A stretch of 64,000 nt of DNA from an uncultured delta proteobacterium (GTDB taxonomy: Bacteria; Myxococcota_A; Polyangia; Haliangiales; Haliangiaceae): assembly GCA_963848295.1 (NCBI GenBank), contig CAWKDB010000010.1, positions 4,160,001 through 4,224,000 of the forward strand, in the 5' to 3' direction. Below, in pieces: positions 11,376 to 20,708 of the stretch. The position numbers and the translations under genes are program-made. Within the stretch, counting starts at the first letter, position 1; each line of letters opens with the position of its first letter. The notes below the pieces were generated by a model that had not been told where the DNA came from, did not search any database, and worked only from the letters and a program-made list of their open reading frames with translations.

Positions 11376-12059
11376 TCACGGCGTCGTCGCGATCACCGTC
11401 GTTCGTTGCTGGGCCGCCGTGATCGACCCGCCCTGGCCATAGGCCTGATCGAGCGAACCGGTGCGAGTGCGCGTCATCGTCAGCGACAGCTGGCAGGCCT
11501 CGGTCGTCGAGCTCAGCGCGTTGGCGTCGAGCGTCGCCGAGCCGGTGTCGGCGAGCGGGCCGAGCTTCGCGTCACCACAGCCGTCGAACTGCAGCGCGAT
11601 CGCGTCGGACGATCCCGACGGCGTCCAGGTGATCGTCAACGGCTGCGCCCGCGACGTCGTGGCCGGCGCGGTCAGGTCGAACGGATCCGGCAGGGTGACG
11701 GTCGAGCTCGCGCTGTCGCCCGACGCGCGGTCGAGCACCGTGGTGAAGCTCTGGCCCGGCGCCGCGGTCGCGAACGACGCGGCATAGCGATACTCCGCGA
11801 CGAGATAAGCCTCTTGCATCGCGACCGAGTCGCCGGCCGACGTCGCGGTGAGTTGGTCACCGTCGACGAGCTGGATCGAGTCCTCGTTGAGCGGCGGCGC
11901 CCCGTCCGGGTGGTTCCACAGCCACGCGTAGACGTCGGCGGTTCCCGAACCATCGGCGACCACGGTGATGTCTGCTTGAAGCTCGCTCATCGGCACGGTG
12001 TCGGAGTCGGCCAGGTTGCAGGCGGGGACGACGAGCAGCACGAGGAACAAACGCGTCAT
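11376..12059 (-). CDS. hypothetical lipoprotein
   Basis: Lipobox VPAC. The LTITWTP segment resembles LTIRWTP in 8235..9104. Confidence 0.75.
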   Translation of the reverse strand: MTRLFLVLLVVPACNLADSDTVPMSELQADITVVADGSGTADVYAWLWNHPDGAPPLNEDSIQLVDGDQLTATSAGDSVAMQEAYLVAEYRYAASFATAAPGQSFTTVLDRASGDSASSTVTLPDPFDLTAPATTSRAQPLTITWTPSGSSDAIALQFDGCGDAKLGPLADTGSATLDANALSSTTEACQLSLTMTRTRTGSLDQAYGQGGSITAAQQRTTVIATTP

Positions 12060-12131
12060 GCGTGAGTGAGTGGCGCGAGCGCGCCGGGATTATCAAGAAT
12101 TCTTGCGACCCCCGCGATGGTAGATACGGGG

Positions 12132-13055
12132 ATGCTCGCACTGGTGCTCGCGACCGCGGCGCAGCTCGGCCATCACGCAGCGCTGCGCTGGTCCGTGCGC
12201 GACGATGCCGGGACGTGCATCGCCGCCGACGAGCTCGCGGCGGCCGTGAGCGCGCGCCTCGGAGGCTTCGAGCCGAGCACGGCGCAGCCGATCCGGCTCA
12301 CGATCGACGGCGAGATCGCGCCACGCGCCGGCGGCAACGGCTGGCGCGCGACGATCGACACCCGCGACGAGCGCGGCGCGCTGATCGGTCATCGCGAGCT
12401 CGACGACAAGGCCGCCGACTGTCGCGCGATCGACGACGAGCTCGTGCTCGTGCTCGCGCTGATCATCGATCCCGACTTGCTCGACCGGCCCTCACCCGCA
12501 CCGCCGCCGAAACCGCTCCCCGTGGTGTCACCCAGCACGCGTGCGCCGCACCAGCGGTGGCAGCTCGCCGCGCGCGCGGCCGGCTTCGTGACCTGGGGGC
12601 TGCTGCCCGGCATCGCCGCGGGCACGACGGTGGGCGCCTCGCTCGAGGCTGGCCCGTGGTCGATCGAGGTCTCCGGATCACTGTTGCCATACGATCGCGC
12701 GTTCGCCACGCCCGGCGGAGCGAAGCTCACGCAGTGGACCGCCGGCGCAGCGCTGTGTCCGCACCTCACGAGCTGGGCGTCGCTGTGCGGCGGCGTGCAG
12801 GCGGGCGAGATCATCGCGACCGGCTTCGGGTTTGACGTCGACGAGCACCGCCGCGATCCGATCGCGGATGCCACCGCCGAGCTCCGGCTCGAGTGGCGCG
12901 TGACCCGCGCGATCGGGATCGTGCTCGGTGCTGGTGCGTGGATCCCGCTGTTGCGCCCTCGCTTCGTGTTCGCGCAGGACGGCGTCGAGGTCCCGGTGTA
13001 TCAACCGGCTTCGGTCGCGGCCGTGACCCAGGTCGCTCTGCAGCTGCGCTTTTGA
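12132..13055 (+). CDS. putative outer-membrane protein associated with the ECF module
   Basis: N-terminal domain, Pro linker and amphipathic beta strands ending LQLRF (terminal Phe). Confidence 0.65.
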   Translation: MLALVLATAAQLGHHAALRWSVRDDAGTCIAADELAAAVSARLGGFEPSTAQPIRLTIDGEIAPRAGGNGWRATIDTRDERGALIGHRELDDKAADCRAIDDELVLVLALIIDPDLLDRPSPAPPPKPLPVVSPSTRAPHQRWQLAARAAGFVTWGLLPGIAAGTTVGASLEAGPWSIEVSGSLLPYDRAFATPGGAKLTQWTAGAALCPHLTSWASLCGGVQAGEIIATGFGFDVDEHRRDPIADATAELRLEWRVTRAIGIVLGAGAWIPLLRPRFVFAQDGVEVPVYQPASVAAVTQVALQLRF

Positions 13056-13083
13056 TCATAAAACGTCGCGTCTCCCTACACTC

Positions 13084-13647
13084 ATGGAACGAGCCTTGGA
13101 ACCGAACTCGATCTCCACCGAGCACCCCGCCGCGACCGGGGCGGACGCGCTCGGGTTCGCGGCCGTCTACGATGCCCACGCGCGGTTCGTCTGGCGCGTG
13201 CTCGCGCGGCTCGGCGTGGCGCGCGAAGACGTCGAGGACGTCAGCCAGGAGGTGTTCATCGTGGTGCATCGCCGGCTTGCCGACTTCGAAGGCCGATCGT
13301 CCCTGCGCACGTGGATCTATGGCATCGCGCAGCGCTGCGCGTCGGAGTACCGGCGGCGCCGCGCGCGGCCGGCCGGCGAGCCAGCCGACGAGCTCGCGAT
13401 CGATCCCGCCCAGGTCGCGCAGCTCGCCATGCGCGATGCGCGTGCGCTGCTCGATCGCTTGCTCGACTTGCTCGACGCCGACAAGCGCGAAGTCTTCGTG
13501 CTATTCGAGCTCGAGGATCTGTCGATGGCGGAGGTCGTTGCGATCGTCGGTTGTCCACTGCAGACGGGCTATTCGCGCTTGCACGCCGCGCGCGCGGTGT
13601 TGGCGGCGGCGGCGACACGGATTCATGGCGAGGAGCGCCGATCATGA
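13084..13647 (+). CDS. ECF RNA polymerase sigma factor
   Basis: Region 2 DVEDVSQEVF, LRTWIYGIA, and region 4 GCPLQTGYSRLHAAR. Confidence 0.93.
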   Translation: MERALEPNSISTEHPAATGADALGFAAVYDAHARFVWRVLARLGVAREDVEDVSQEVFIVVHRRLADFEGRSSLRTWIYGIAQRCASEYRRRRARPAGEPADELAIDPAQVAQLAMRDARALLDRLLDLLDADKREVFVLFELEDLSMAEVVAIVGCPLQTGYSRLHAARAVLAAAATRIHGEERRS

Positions 13648-14426
13648 GCGAGCACGATGAAGTGACGCCGTGGTCGGCGGACGCCGAGGCTCCGGCGTCG
13701 ATGCGCGCGCTGTTGCGCGCGGTCGCCGACGACGGCCCGACTCCGGAGGAGCTCGCGAGCCTGCGCCGCCGCGTCGCTCCGCTGCTCGCCTCGCCGCACG
13801 TGCCGGCGCCGGCCGGGCGCGTGCCCTTGGCCGTGGTCGGCGCGATCGTCGTCGGTCTTGCCGGCTACGCGCTGCACCGATGGTACGCCGCGTCGGACGA
13901 CACGCGCGCGCATGACGACGTCGCGTCCGTGCCGTCACCGCCGGCCGCGCCCATGCCGGCCGTACTGCCACCGGCCGCACCGACACCGCCGGCCGCACCG
14001 ACATCGCCGGCTGCGACGCTGCCTGCCGTATCGCCACCCGCGCGGTCGCCGACGCACGTGCCGTCACGTCCGCTGCCGCCGACGATCGCACCGGCCGCCG
14101 TGCCACACGCAGCGCCGCGTGCGATCACACCGCCTGCGATCACGCCGCCCTCGGCGCCGTCGGAAGTCGAGATGCTCGAGCAGGCGCGCGCGTTACTCCG
14201 CGACGGTGATGCCGAACGCGCGCTCGCCAGCACGGCGGAGCACGAACGTCTGTTCCCAGACGGCTCGCTCGTCGAGGAGCGCGAAGCGCTCGCGATCGAA
14301 GCGCTCGTCAAGCTCGGTCGCCTAGGCGACGCGCGCACCCGGTGGTCAAAGTTTGCCACCGCATATCCGCGTTCGAACTATCGCGCGCGCTTGCAGCACC
14401 TGATGGAGCCTCAAGCCTCGCCGTGA
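13644..14426 (+). CDS. putative anti-sigma factor (TM, Pro-rich linker, C-terminal TPR-like domain)
   Basis: ATGA overlap with the ECF gene. One TM helix, PPAAPT repeats and FPDGSLVEEREAL. Confidence 0.8.
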   Translation: MSEHDEVTPWSADAEAPASMRALLRAVADDGPTPEELASLRRRVAPLLASPHVPAPAGRVPLAVVGAIVVGLAGYALHRWYAASDDTRAHDDVASVPSPPAAPMPAVLPPAAPTPPAAPTSPAATLPAVSPPARSPTHVPSRPLPPTIAPAAVPHAAPRAITPPAITPPSAPSEVEMLEQARALLRDGDAERALASTAEHERLFPDGSLVEEREALAIEALVKLGRLGDARTRWSKFATAYPRSNYRARLQHLMEPQASP

Positions 14427-14472
14427 TGCGTTCGGATCATAATCGCGGTGCGGCACCGCCACTCACACCGAC

Positions 14473-14928
14473 ATGAAGCACGCATGGTTCCTGGTGATGA
14501 TCGGATGCTTCGGCTGCCAATCGGTGTCCGAGGTCGGAATGCAGCACGAATCGGTGAACGGACCCGACGCGGGCTCGGCGAGCAGTGCCGGGCTGGTCGC
14601 ATGCGGCGCAGCAGAGTGCGAGCTCGCGCAGGACCAGGCGTGCTGCCTGGGGGTCGCTAGTGGCGACGTCGAATGCAGCGCGATGGCGTGCGCGGCCGGG
14701 TCGTCGACGTTGAGCTGCGATGGCCCCGAAGACTGCAATGGCGGTGCGTGTTGCGGCAACCTCACGCAGGGCTACGCCTGCACCGCGGACTCGTCATGCA
14801 GCGCCGGGCTGCAGCTGTGCCATAGCGATGCGGACTGCCCGGGCGCGCAGCCCACGTGCTGCTCGTTCTCGTACGGCGACGAGGACCTACGCGGGTGCAC
14901 GACCGCGCCGCAGGGCAGCTGCTCGTGA
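14473..14928 (+). CDS. Cys-rich lipoprotein
   Basis: Signal peptide/lipobox and CDGPEDC..ACC plus LCHSDADCP motifs. Confidence 0.75.
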   Translation: MKHAWFLVMIGCFGCQSVSEVGMQHESVNGPDAGSASSAGLVACGAAECELAQDQACCLGVASGDVECSAMACAAGSSTLSCDGPEDCNGGACCGNLTQGYACTADSSCSAGLQLCHSDADCPGAQPTCCSFSYGDEDLRGCTTAPQGSCS

Positions 14929-14945
14929 GCGGAAGACGGCACCGC

Positions 14946-15272
14946 ATGCGCTCGTTCTGTCTGGCCATCTTCACCACCGCGCTCTTCGCATGTGCCGACA
15001 ACACGCACGACTCGCGCGACCTGTCACGCCAATGTAGCATCGCTGTGGATCCATCCGGGCCGTGTGGTTCCGACGGTACGTGTGGCTCGGGGGCGGCATG
15101 CATCTCCGGCTATTGCTTCGCTTGCGACGACGGCGATTGTTCGGGGTGCCCGATGACGTGCGAGCGTTCGCAAGATCCGATCGGCCAGTGCAACGCGAAC
15201 ATCGACTGCACCGGCGGCGGAACCTGCATCAACGGCAATTGCTTCGGGTGCGGCGCGGCATCCGAACCATGA
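14946..15272 (+). CDS. Cys-rich lipoprotein
   Basis: Lipobox LFAC and two similar Cys-rich units (CISGYCFAC / CINGNCFGC). Confidence 0.7.
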   Translation: MRSFCLAIFTTALFACADNTHDSRDLSRQCSIAVDPSGPCGSDGTCGSGAACISGYCFACDDGDCSGCPMTCERSQDPIGQCNANIDCTGGGTCINGNCFGCGAASEP

Positions 15273-15563
15273 TCTACCGCGCGCGCGTGCAGCGACTGAT
15301 CGACTCCAGATCGCCGATGAGCAATTTCTTGATAATGGATGGGAACGACCGCCACTCACCGAGTCTGACTGCGGGGCCGGCGAGTGCTGCGTGCCGTCCA
15401 CGTACGAAGGTGTCTCCTTCGCGGCATGCGGCTCGGCACCTGGTTGTTAGCCGAGGATCGATTCGTTGATCGCGTCTGCACCGATCGTCAACCGCCGCGC
15501 CGTGCCGCGCGGTGCCATGTCCGCGGATCGATCGTGACCACGCGCGCGCTACTCTCGTGGCAG

Positions 15564-15950
15564 ATGCGAGCCACCTGGTTCTTGATCGCCGCGATCGGCG
15601 GCAGCGTTGCTGCGTGCGGCGATCAGTGCCATGACGGCGAGTGGCACTGCGACGGCAACGACCTGATCGAGTGCACCACGCGAAACGACAATACGTTCGC
15701 GTTCCGGGACGACGGATCCTGCTCGCCCGCCCTGTGCGTCGAGGCCGAGTCCGACGGCGAGCCTGTTGCCGCCTGCAGCACAACCGGAGCTCCGGATCCG
15801 CAGTGCAACCAACCTCACGACACGCTCGGGTATTACGCATGCGCCGATCCCTCGACCCTCGTCTACTGCGTCTACGGCTACTCGAGGTTCGCCGAGACTT
15901 GTGACAGCGGTGCCTGCGTCGAATCGACGACGGGTGGTACGTGCCCCTAG
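15564..15950 (+). CDS. Cys-rich lipoprotein
   Basis: Lipobox VAAC and many Cys. The TAG stop lies within the IS target site. Confidence 0.7.
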   Translation: MRATWFLIAAIGGSVAACGDQCHDGEWHCDGNDLIECTTRNDNTFAFRDDGSCSPALCVEAESDGEPVAACSTTGAPDPQCNQPHDTLGYYACADPSTLVYCVYGYSRFAETCDSGACVESTTGGTCP

Positions 15951-17587
15951 CCCGGATCATTCGTGATGGCTCCAGCTGACCGGCGCTTGGCGGCGGAGCC
16001 GCCTCGCGCACGGTCAGGGTACGTCGCGAGCTCGCATCGTTGCCGCGGCGCCACGCCGCAACGGTCGGCGATCCGGGAGGCGGCGCACTGGTTGTCAAAG
16101 AATCGCCGACTACGTGACGCCGAGGTCGCGCGCCACGGCGAAGAAGATGTGGGCGAGCGGGAAGGCTCGCGGCAGGCGGACGAGGACGCGGCGGACGGAT
16201 GCCGTGACGTGAGCCGCGACCTTGAGTAGCCGCAAGCGAAGAGTGTCCATCTGGGCGGTTGCGAGCCGAACGCGATCGGTGGAGACATACTCGGTGGCAG
16301 GGGCGACGCGCGCGACGGTGGCACGCAACGCATGCATCAAGCGGTAGGCGATGGCGTGCAGCAAGAGACGGAAGGCGTTGGCGACGAAGCGGTGACACGA
16401 CAGACGATCGGCGTGGAGCGCGTTCTTGAGGTCCTTGATGAAGTTCTCCGACTGCCCGCGTGCGCAGTAGGCGACGTCATAGATGAGACCTGGGGAGAAC
16501 TCGTCGAGCGTGGTCACCACGAATCGCGGATTCTCGCCGCGCTCGCTGTGCTCGACCTTGCAGATCACGTGACGCTCGGCGGGCCAGGACTTCGAGGCGT
16601 ACGACAGCCAAGTGAAGCGGCGAACGAATCGCTTGCCGTCGAGGAATTCCTCCTCGACGGAGGACCGCAGCGGCTTGGCAAACTCCAGCAGCCGCGAATT
16701 CTTCGCGACACCGATCACGTACTCGACGTCGCCGAGCTCGGCGTCAAGCTGCTCGAGGCGATCGAGGAGCTTGGGCATCGCAAACGCGGAGTCACCGCGC
16801 ACCAGGATGCTTGCGTGGGGGCACCGTCGGCGAATGGCTCGAATCAGCCGCGTGAGGATCGTGATCGCACCCTTGGCGGCGTGCGCACGCCCGGGCCGGA
16901 GCAAGGCGGTGATCAGCTGCCCACTCAGGGCGTCGAACACGAGCAGCGGGTGAAGCATGTGCTGGTCGTAGAAGCCGTGGAAACACATGAGCTCCTGGTT
17001 GCCGTGGGTCTGGTCATCGGTGGAGTCGATGTCCAGAACGATCAGGTCGGTCGTCGATACGAGTTCGTCGACGTAGACCTGCTCGTAGGCGCGAGTCAGC
17101 CGATTGAGCTCGCGACCGGTGATCGCGTTTTCGAACCGCGACAGCGTCGGCTGCGATGACATCGCGTGATCTTCGGCGTCGCACGCCAGGCGAAGTGCCG
17201 GATCGTGGCGCAACCAGTCCGCATCGTTGCAGTCCTCGTAGCCGAGGCAGATCTGATAGACGCGCTGCCGGACTTGCTCGAGGCGCGAATGCCGAACTCG
17301 AGCTGAGTCGCGCCGATCGCCGAGTAACGCTGTCAGACGCGTCGTCAGCTCCAACCGCTCGTCGAGCTTGCGCAGCAGCACGACGCCGCCATCGGAGGAC
17401 ACCTGTTCGGCGTCAGCGCTCAGAATCGCGCGGCGGCGCTGGAACTGAAGCTCGATCGGTGGAATACACGGTGTCGTCGGTGCGTGGGCAAATTCGTTTG
17501 TCTTCACAAACAGCGAAACCTGCGTACCGGCACCGAAATTCCGGCGATGCGCTCCTCGCGGCGCGCTCCCTTCGCGAATGATCCGGG
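15951..17587 (-). mobile_element. IS1380-family insertion sequence (1637 bp)
   Basis: IRs CCCGGATCATTCGTGA (15951-15966) and reverse complement of 17572-17587 CCCGGATCATTCGCGA match 15/16. CTAG direct repeats lie at 15947-15950 and 17588-17591. Confidence 0.93.
16110..17507 (-). CDS. IS1380-family DDE transposase
   Basis: SSDGG, GYEDCNDAD.LRHDP, SQPTLSRFEN, LDIDSTDD..HG.QE, RGDSAF and RGQSENFIKDLK motifs. Confidence 0.95.
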   Translation of the reverse strand: MKTNEFAHAPTTPCIPPIELQFQRRRAILSADAEQVSSDGGVVLLRKLDERLELTTRLTALLGDRRDSARVRHSRLEQVRQRVYQICLGYEDCNDADWLRHDPALRLACDAEDHAMSSQPTLSRFENAITGRELNRLTRAYEQVYVDELVSTTDLIVLDIDSTDDQTHGNQELMCFHGFYDQHMLHPLLVFDALSGQLITALLRPGRAHAAKGAITILTRLIRAIRRRCPHASILVRGDSAFAMPKLLDRLEQLDAELGDVEYVIGVAKNSRLLEFAKPLRSSVEEEFLDGKRFVRRFTWLSYASKSWPAERHVICKVEHSERGENPRFVVTTLDEFSPGLIYDVAYCARGQSENFIKDLKNALHADRLSCHRFVANAFRLLLHAIAYRLMHALRATVARVAPATEYVSTDRVRLATAQMDTLRLRLLKVAAHVTASVRRVLVRLPRAFPLAHIFFAVARDLGVT

Positions 17588-17645
17588 CTAGCTCGACGCG
17601 ATCGGCCGGACGTTATCAACCATCGGATGTGCGGCAGGCGCTCGC

Positions 17646-18908
17646 TCAGATCCACGCCAGCGGGACGAGGCCGAGTAAGGCGAGCGCGACGAGCAAGACG
17701 AAAGCTCGTCGCCCCGTCGCTCTGTCGGCAAAGCTGTACGCGTAGATGGCCTTGATGATGTTGTTGCTCGCTGCGGCGATCGCGATCGCTGCGGCTGCGA
17801 GCGGCAGCGGGGTCGCCGACGCACCCTGGGCGAGCCCGAGGATAAACGGGTCGACGTCGGTGACGCCCATGATCGCGGCCAACGAAAACAGGCCGGCGCG
17901 ACCCAGATACTCACGTGCGAGGTTCGTGAGCACCAAGATCACGATGAAGACGACTGCGAACAGGAACGCGGCTCTAAGCTCGAGAGGGTTCTTCGGGTCA
18001 CGGTGCTGCGAGGCGGCTGTGGGGGTGCCATCCTCTCTTCGAGATTCGAGCCATCCGGCGATGCCGCCGATCACGCCGAGCCCGACAAAGGCAGGGGCGA
18101 GCTTGGCAGCCAGGCCGAGATCGAACAGCGCGAGCAGGATCACCAACCGCACGTACATCACGCCGGACGCGATGAGGATGCTGCCGCTGAACAGCCGCGG
18201 TCGCTGCTCTTGCTTCGCCTGTCGCGCGAGGACGACGGTCGTCACCGTCGAGGAATACGCGCCTCCGAGGATCGCGGACAGCACGATACCGCCGCGCCCC
18301 TTGAGCAGGCGTTGCAGTACGTAGCTCGCGAACGACACGCCGCTCACCGCGACAACGACGAGCCAAGTCTTGAACGGATCGAGATGAAATCGAGTCAGCT
18401 CGCGATCGGGAACGATCGGCAAGATCACCACCGCGAGCATCAAGAACTTCGCGAACGTGATGATCTCGTTCGAGGCGATATACGTGGTCAGTTGCTCGAG
18501 GCCCTTCTTGAGCTGGAGCAACAGTACGCTGAGCACCGCGATCGTGGTCGCGATCCAGTAATAGTCGTGCTGGACCAGCCCGCCCATCACGTATGTCGCG
18601 AGCGCGGAGATCTCGGTCACGACGCCGGCCGGCGGTTCGCCGGAGAGCTTGTGATAGTAGGACAGCAGCATGAAGCCACCGACCACCGCGAAGCCGATCA
18701 TCCAAGGCACGAGGTCGGGGGTGGCGATCAGTGCGAGCCCGTAACTGACGAGTCCTATCAGCGGGAAGGTCGTGATTCCACCGAACGCATACCCCGCATC
18801 GCGCTGCTTGTGCTCCTCTCGCTCGAGTCCGACAAAAAGCGAGAGCGCGAGCAGGAGCGCGATGTTGAGCGCGTCGACCGGCACCATCGGGAGCAGGTCC
18901 CTGAGCAT
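17646..18908 (-). CDS. MgtC/SapB family (DUF4010) membrane protein
   Basis: VGLERE, FGGITTFPLI, GGAYSSTVTT and GVTDVDPF motifs with many TMs. Confidence 0.88.
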   Translation of the reverse strand: MLRDLLPMVPVDALNIALLLALSLFVGLEREEHKQRDAGYAFGGITTFPLIGLVSYGLALIATPDLVPWMIGFAVVGGFMLLSYYHKLSGEPPAGVVTEISALATYVMGGLVQHDYYWIATTIAVLSVLLLQLKKGLEQLTTYIASNEIITFAKFLMLAVVILPIVPDRELTRFHLDPFKTWLVVVAVSGVSFASYVLQRLLKGRGGIVLSAILGGAYSSTVTTVVLARQAKQEQRPRLFSGSILIASGVMYVRLVILLALFDLGLAAKLAPAFVGLGVIGGIAGWLESRREDGTPTAASQHRDPKNPLELRAAFLFAVVFIVILVLTNLAREYLGRAGLFSLAAIMGVTDVDPFILGLAQGASATPLPLAAAAIAIAAASNNIIKAIYAYSFADRATGRRAFVLLVALALLGLVPLAWI

Positions 18909-19091
18909 CGTCCGAGATTACATGTCGGATCGCACAGACTCTCGCAAGATGGGCGCCGAACATCGGTCCGGCACGCTGTGCTCGTCGCAGCTCCCGAGCT
19001 CGCGCGGCGCGATCGAGGAAGGGACCACGACTTGCACGGCGATCGCGGCATGGAGCCTCGTACGACTGGGGATGGACGGCGATCGCGGACG

Positions 19092-20192
19092 ATGGTCGCG
19101 GCGTGCGTGATCGCCGCAATGGCCGCGGCGTGTTCGCGCGAGCGCGATCGCTCACCGCCGCCGCCGGTCGCCGATCGCGTCGGTTCGCTGCGCAAAGCCG
19201 CACCTACCACCGATGTCGACCTGCACCGGCTCGCCACGGCGCTCGTGTCTGCAAGAGCTTGCGAGCAGCTCCGAGGCCGATGGACAGGGATCCGCGACGC
19301 CGAGCGACCGACCGTCACCGGTACGTTGTGGATCCGCGGATGCGATGTCTTCATCGACGGAGACATCGTCAGCTTCGTCGTGCGCGGTGCGGGGTGGCAG
19401 TGGGGAGACTTCACGCGGCAGCGATCGCGTGTCGTCCGCGAAACGCAGCGGTTCGACTTGACCGCCACGGTGAAAGGCACGCTCGCGATCCGCTACGACG
19501 ATTCCAGGCGCATCATGGGCATCGCGTTCCACCCGACGAGCGTCCCACTGTGGGCGCTGATACCGCTCGATACGGACCTGGGCAGACCGGAACACGAGCA
19601 ACGGCTTCGTGCCGTCGTCTTGAGTGCGATCCTGGGCGCAGTCGTGCGTCGACGGACCCCGGAGGTTCTCGATCTCGAGGCCTGGGCGAATCCAACAAAC
19701 GTCACGGTCTCCATGACGGCGTGGCTGTGTACCGGCCTGTGGTGGCTCTCCGTCGGATCGAGCCTCACGCCCCGAGAGCCCGACGCGTGGCCGGCGCCGA
19801 TCGATCTCGGGCCCGGCGGTCTCGCGATCTACGGGCCGCTCCCGGCAACCCAAGCCGTCACTGTCGTGGCCGAGCCTCGCGACGGGACGCCTCGAGTGTC
19901 GTTGATGTGCGAATCCGACGCACGACGACTCGCAGTCGCGTTCCTCGCGGGGCGAAGCCTCCCGGCCGTTACCGCGCTGGCGACCAACGTGCTGACCCGC
20001 GAGGCGAGCCTCCGGGCTACGCAGCCACGCTGTCCGGTCGTGCTCGTGGCGTCGTCTCCGCCGGGTCGCCCGTCGCGACTCGCGTGGCGCAGCGGAGTGG
20101 ACGCTCAGCTGTTGACCGAGCCGGCTGTGAATTGCCCGCGTCCCGCCGATCAGCCCGCGCCCGAACGCTTGGCGCCCGGTCCGCCGAGCTGA
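19092..20192 (+). CDS. hypothetical lipoprotein (alternative start 19050)
   Basis: 3' part of ORF 18003..20192 with lipobox AAAC. Confidence 0.55.
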   Translation: MVAACVIAAMAAACSRERDRSPPPPVADRVGSLRKAAPTTDVDLHRLATALVSARACEQLRGRWTGIRDAERPTVTGTLWIRGCDVFIDGDIVSFVVRGAGWQWGDFTRQRSRVVRETQRFDLTATVKGTLAIRYDDSRRIMGIAFHPTSVPLWALIPLDTDLGRPEHEQRLRAVVLSAILGAVVRRRTPEVLDLEAWANPTNVTVSMTAWLCTGLWWLSVGSSLTPREPDAWPAPIDLGPGGLAIYGPLPATQAVTVVAEPRDGTPRVSLMCESDARRLAVAFLAGRSLPAVTALATNVLTREASLRATQPRCPVVLVASSPPGRPSRLAWRSGVDAQLLTEPAVNCPRPADQPAPERLAPGPPS

Positions 20193-20230
20193 CACGCTCG
20201 AGCCTCGCGCGACGCCCGCACGCTTCCCGG

Positions 20231-20593
20231 TCAGGGGATGTCACACTGGCCACGCGCCATGTAAGCCGCCCGCTTGTGGATGAGCGCGCGCAACGTCGCG
20301 AGGCGGTCGGGCGTCGCTGGTGTCAGCATGATCAGGGCACCATCGTCGACGTCCTCGGCGCCGGCGGCGATCCCGGTGCGAACGTACGTGGCGGCCAGCA
20401 TGCGCACATCCTTTCGCAGCCGCACGGCGTCGCCGGTCGTGACAAACGTCAGCGCAACACCGTCGGCGGTATCCTCGGCCGCAACACTCGTCCCGCGCAC
20501 CCGCATGGGGCACTCGGCGGGCGGATCCGCCGCGGTCTGCGCCGGGTCGCATCCCGATACCGCGAACGCAACGAGGGCAACGGCGCATCGCAT
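20231..20593 (-). CDS. hypothetical lipoprotein
   Basis: Lipobox VSGC and an internal duplication (EDTADGVALT / EDVDDGALIM). Confidence 0.7.
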   Translation of the reverse strand: MRCAVALVAFAVSGCDPAQTAADPPAECPMRVRGTSVAAEDTADGVALTFVTTGDAVRLRKDVRMLAATYVRTGIAAGAEDVDDGALIMLTPATPDRLATLRALIHKRAAYMARGQCDIP

Positions 20594-20609
20594 ATCGCAG
20601 ACGAGATCA

Positions 20610-20624
20610 GCAATCGCCGTGCCC
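20610..20624 (-). promoter_or_regulatory. sigma54 promoter
   Basis: GGGCACGGCGATTGC upstream of ATG 20593. Confidence 0.6.
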
Positions 20625-20708
20625 ACGCTCTCGAATCCACCGCGGTGCACGCGCTCGGCCCGCGAGCGCGCATGAAGTTGCCTGGTCGCGAACGACCGCG
20701 TCAGCGGG

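Noticed and set aside
13935..14160. 18-bp tandem-like repeats
   Set aside because: They encode the Pro/Ala linker of the anti-sigma factor.
14473..15950. Cys-rich ORFs as RiPP precursors or cytochromes
   Set aside because: They have lipoprotein signal peptides, no CXXCH motifs and no adjacent modifying enzymes.
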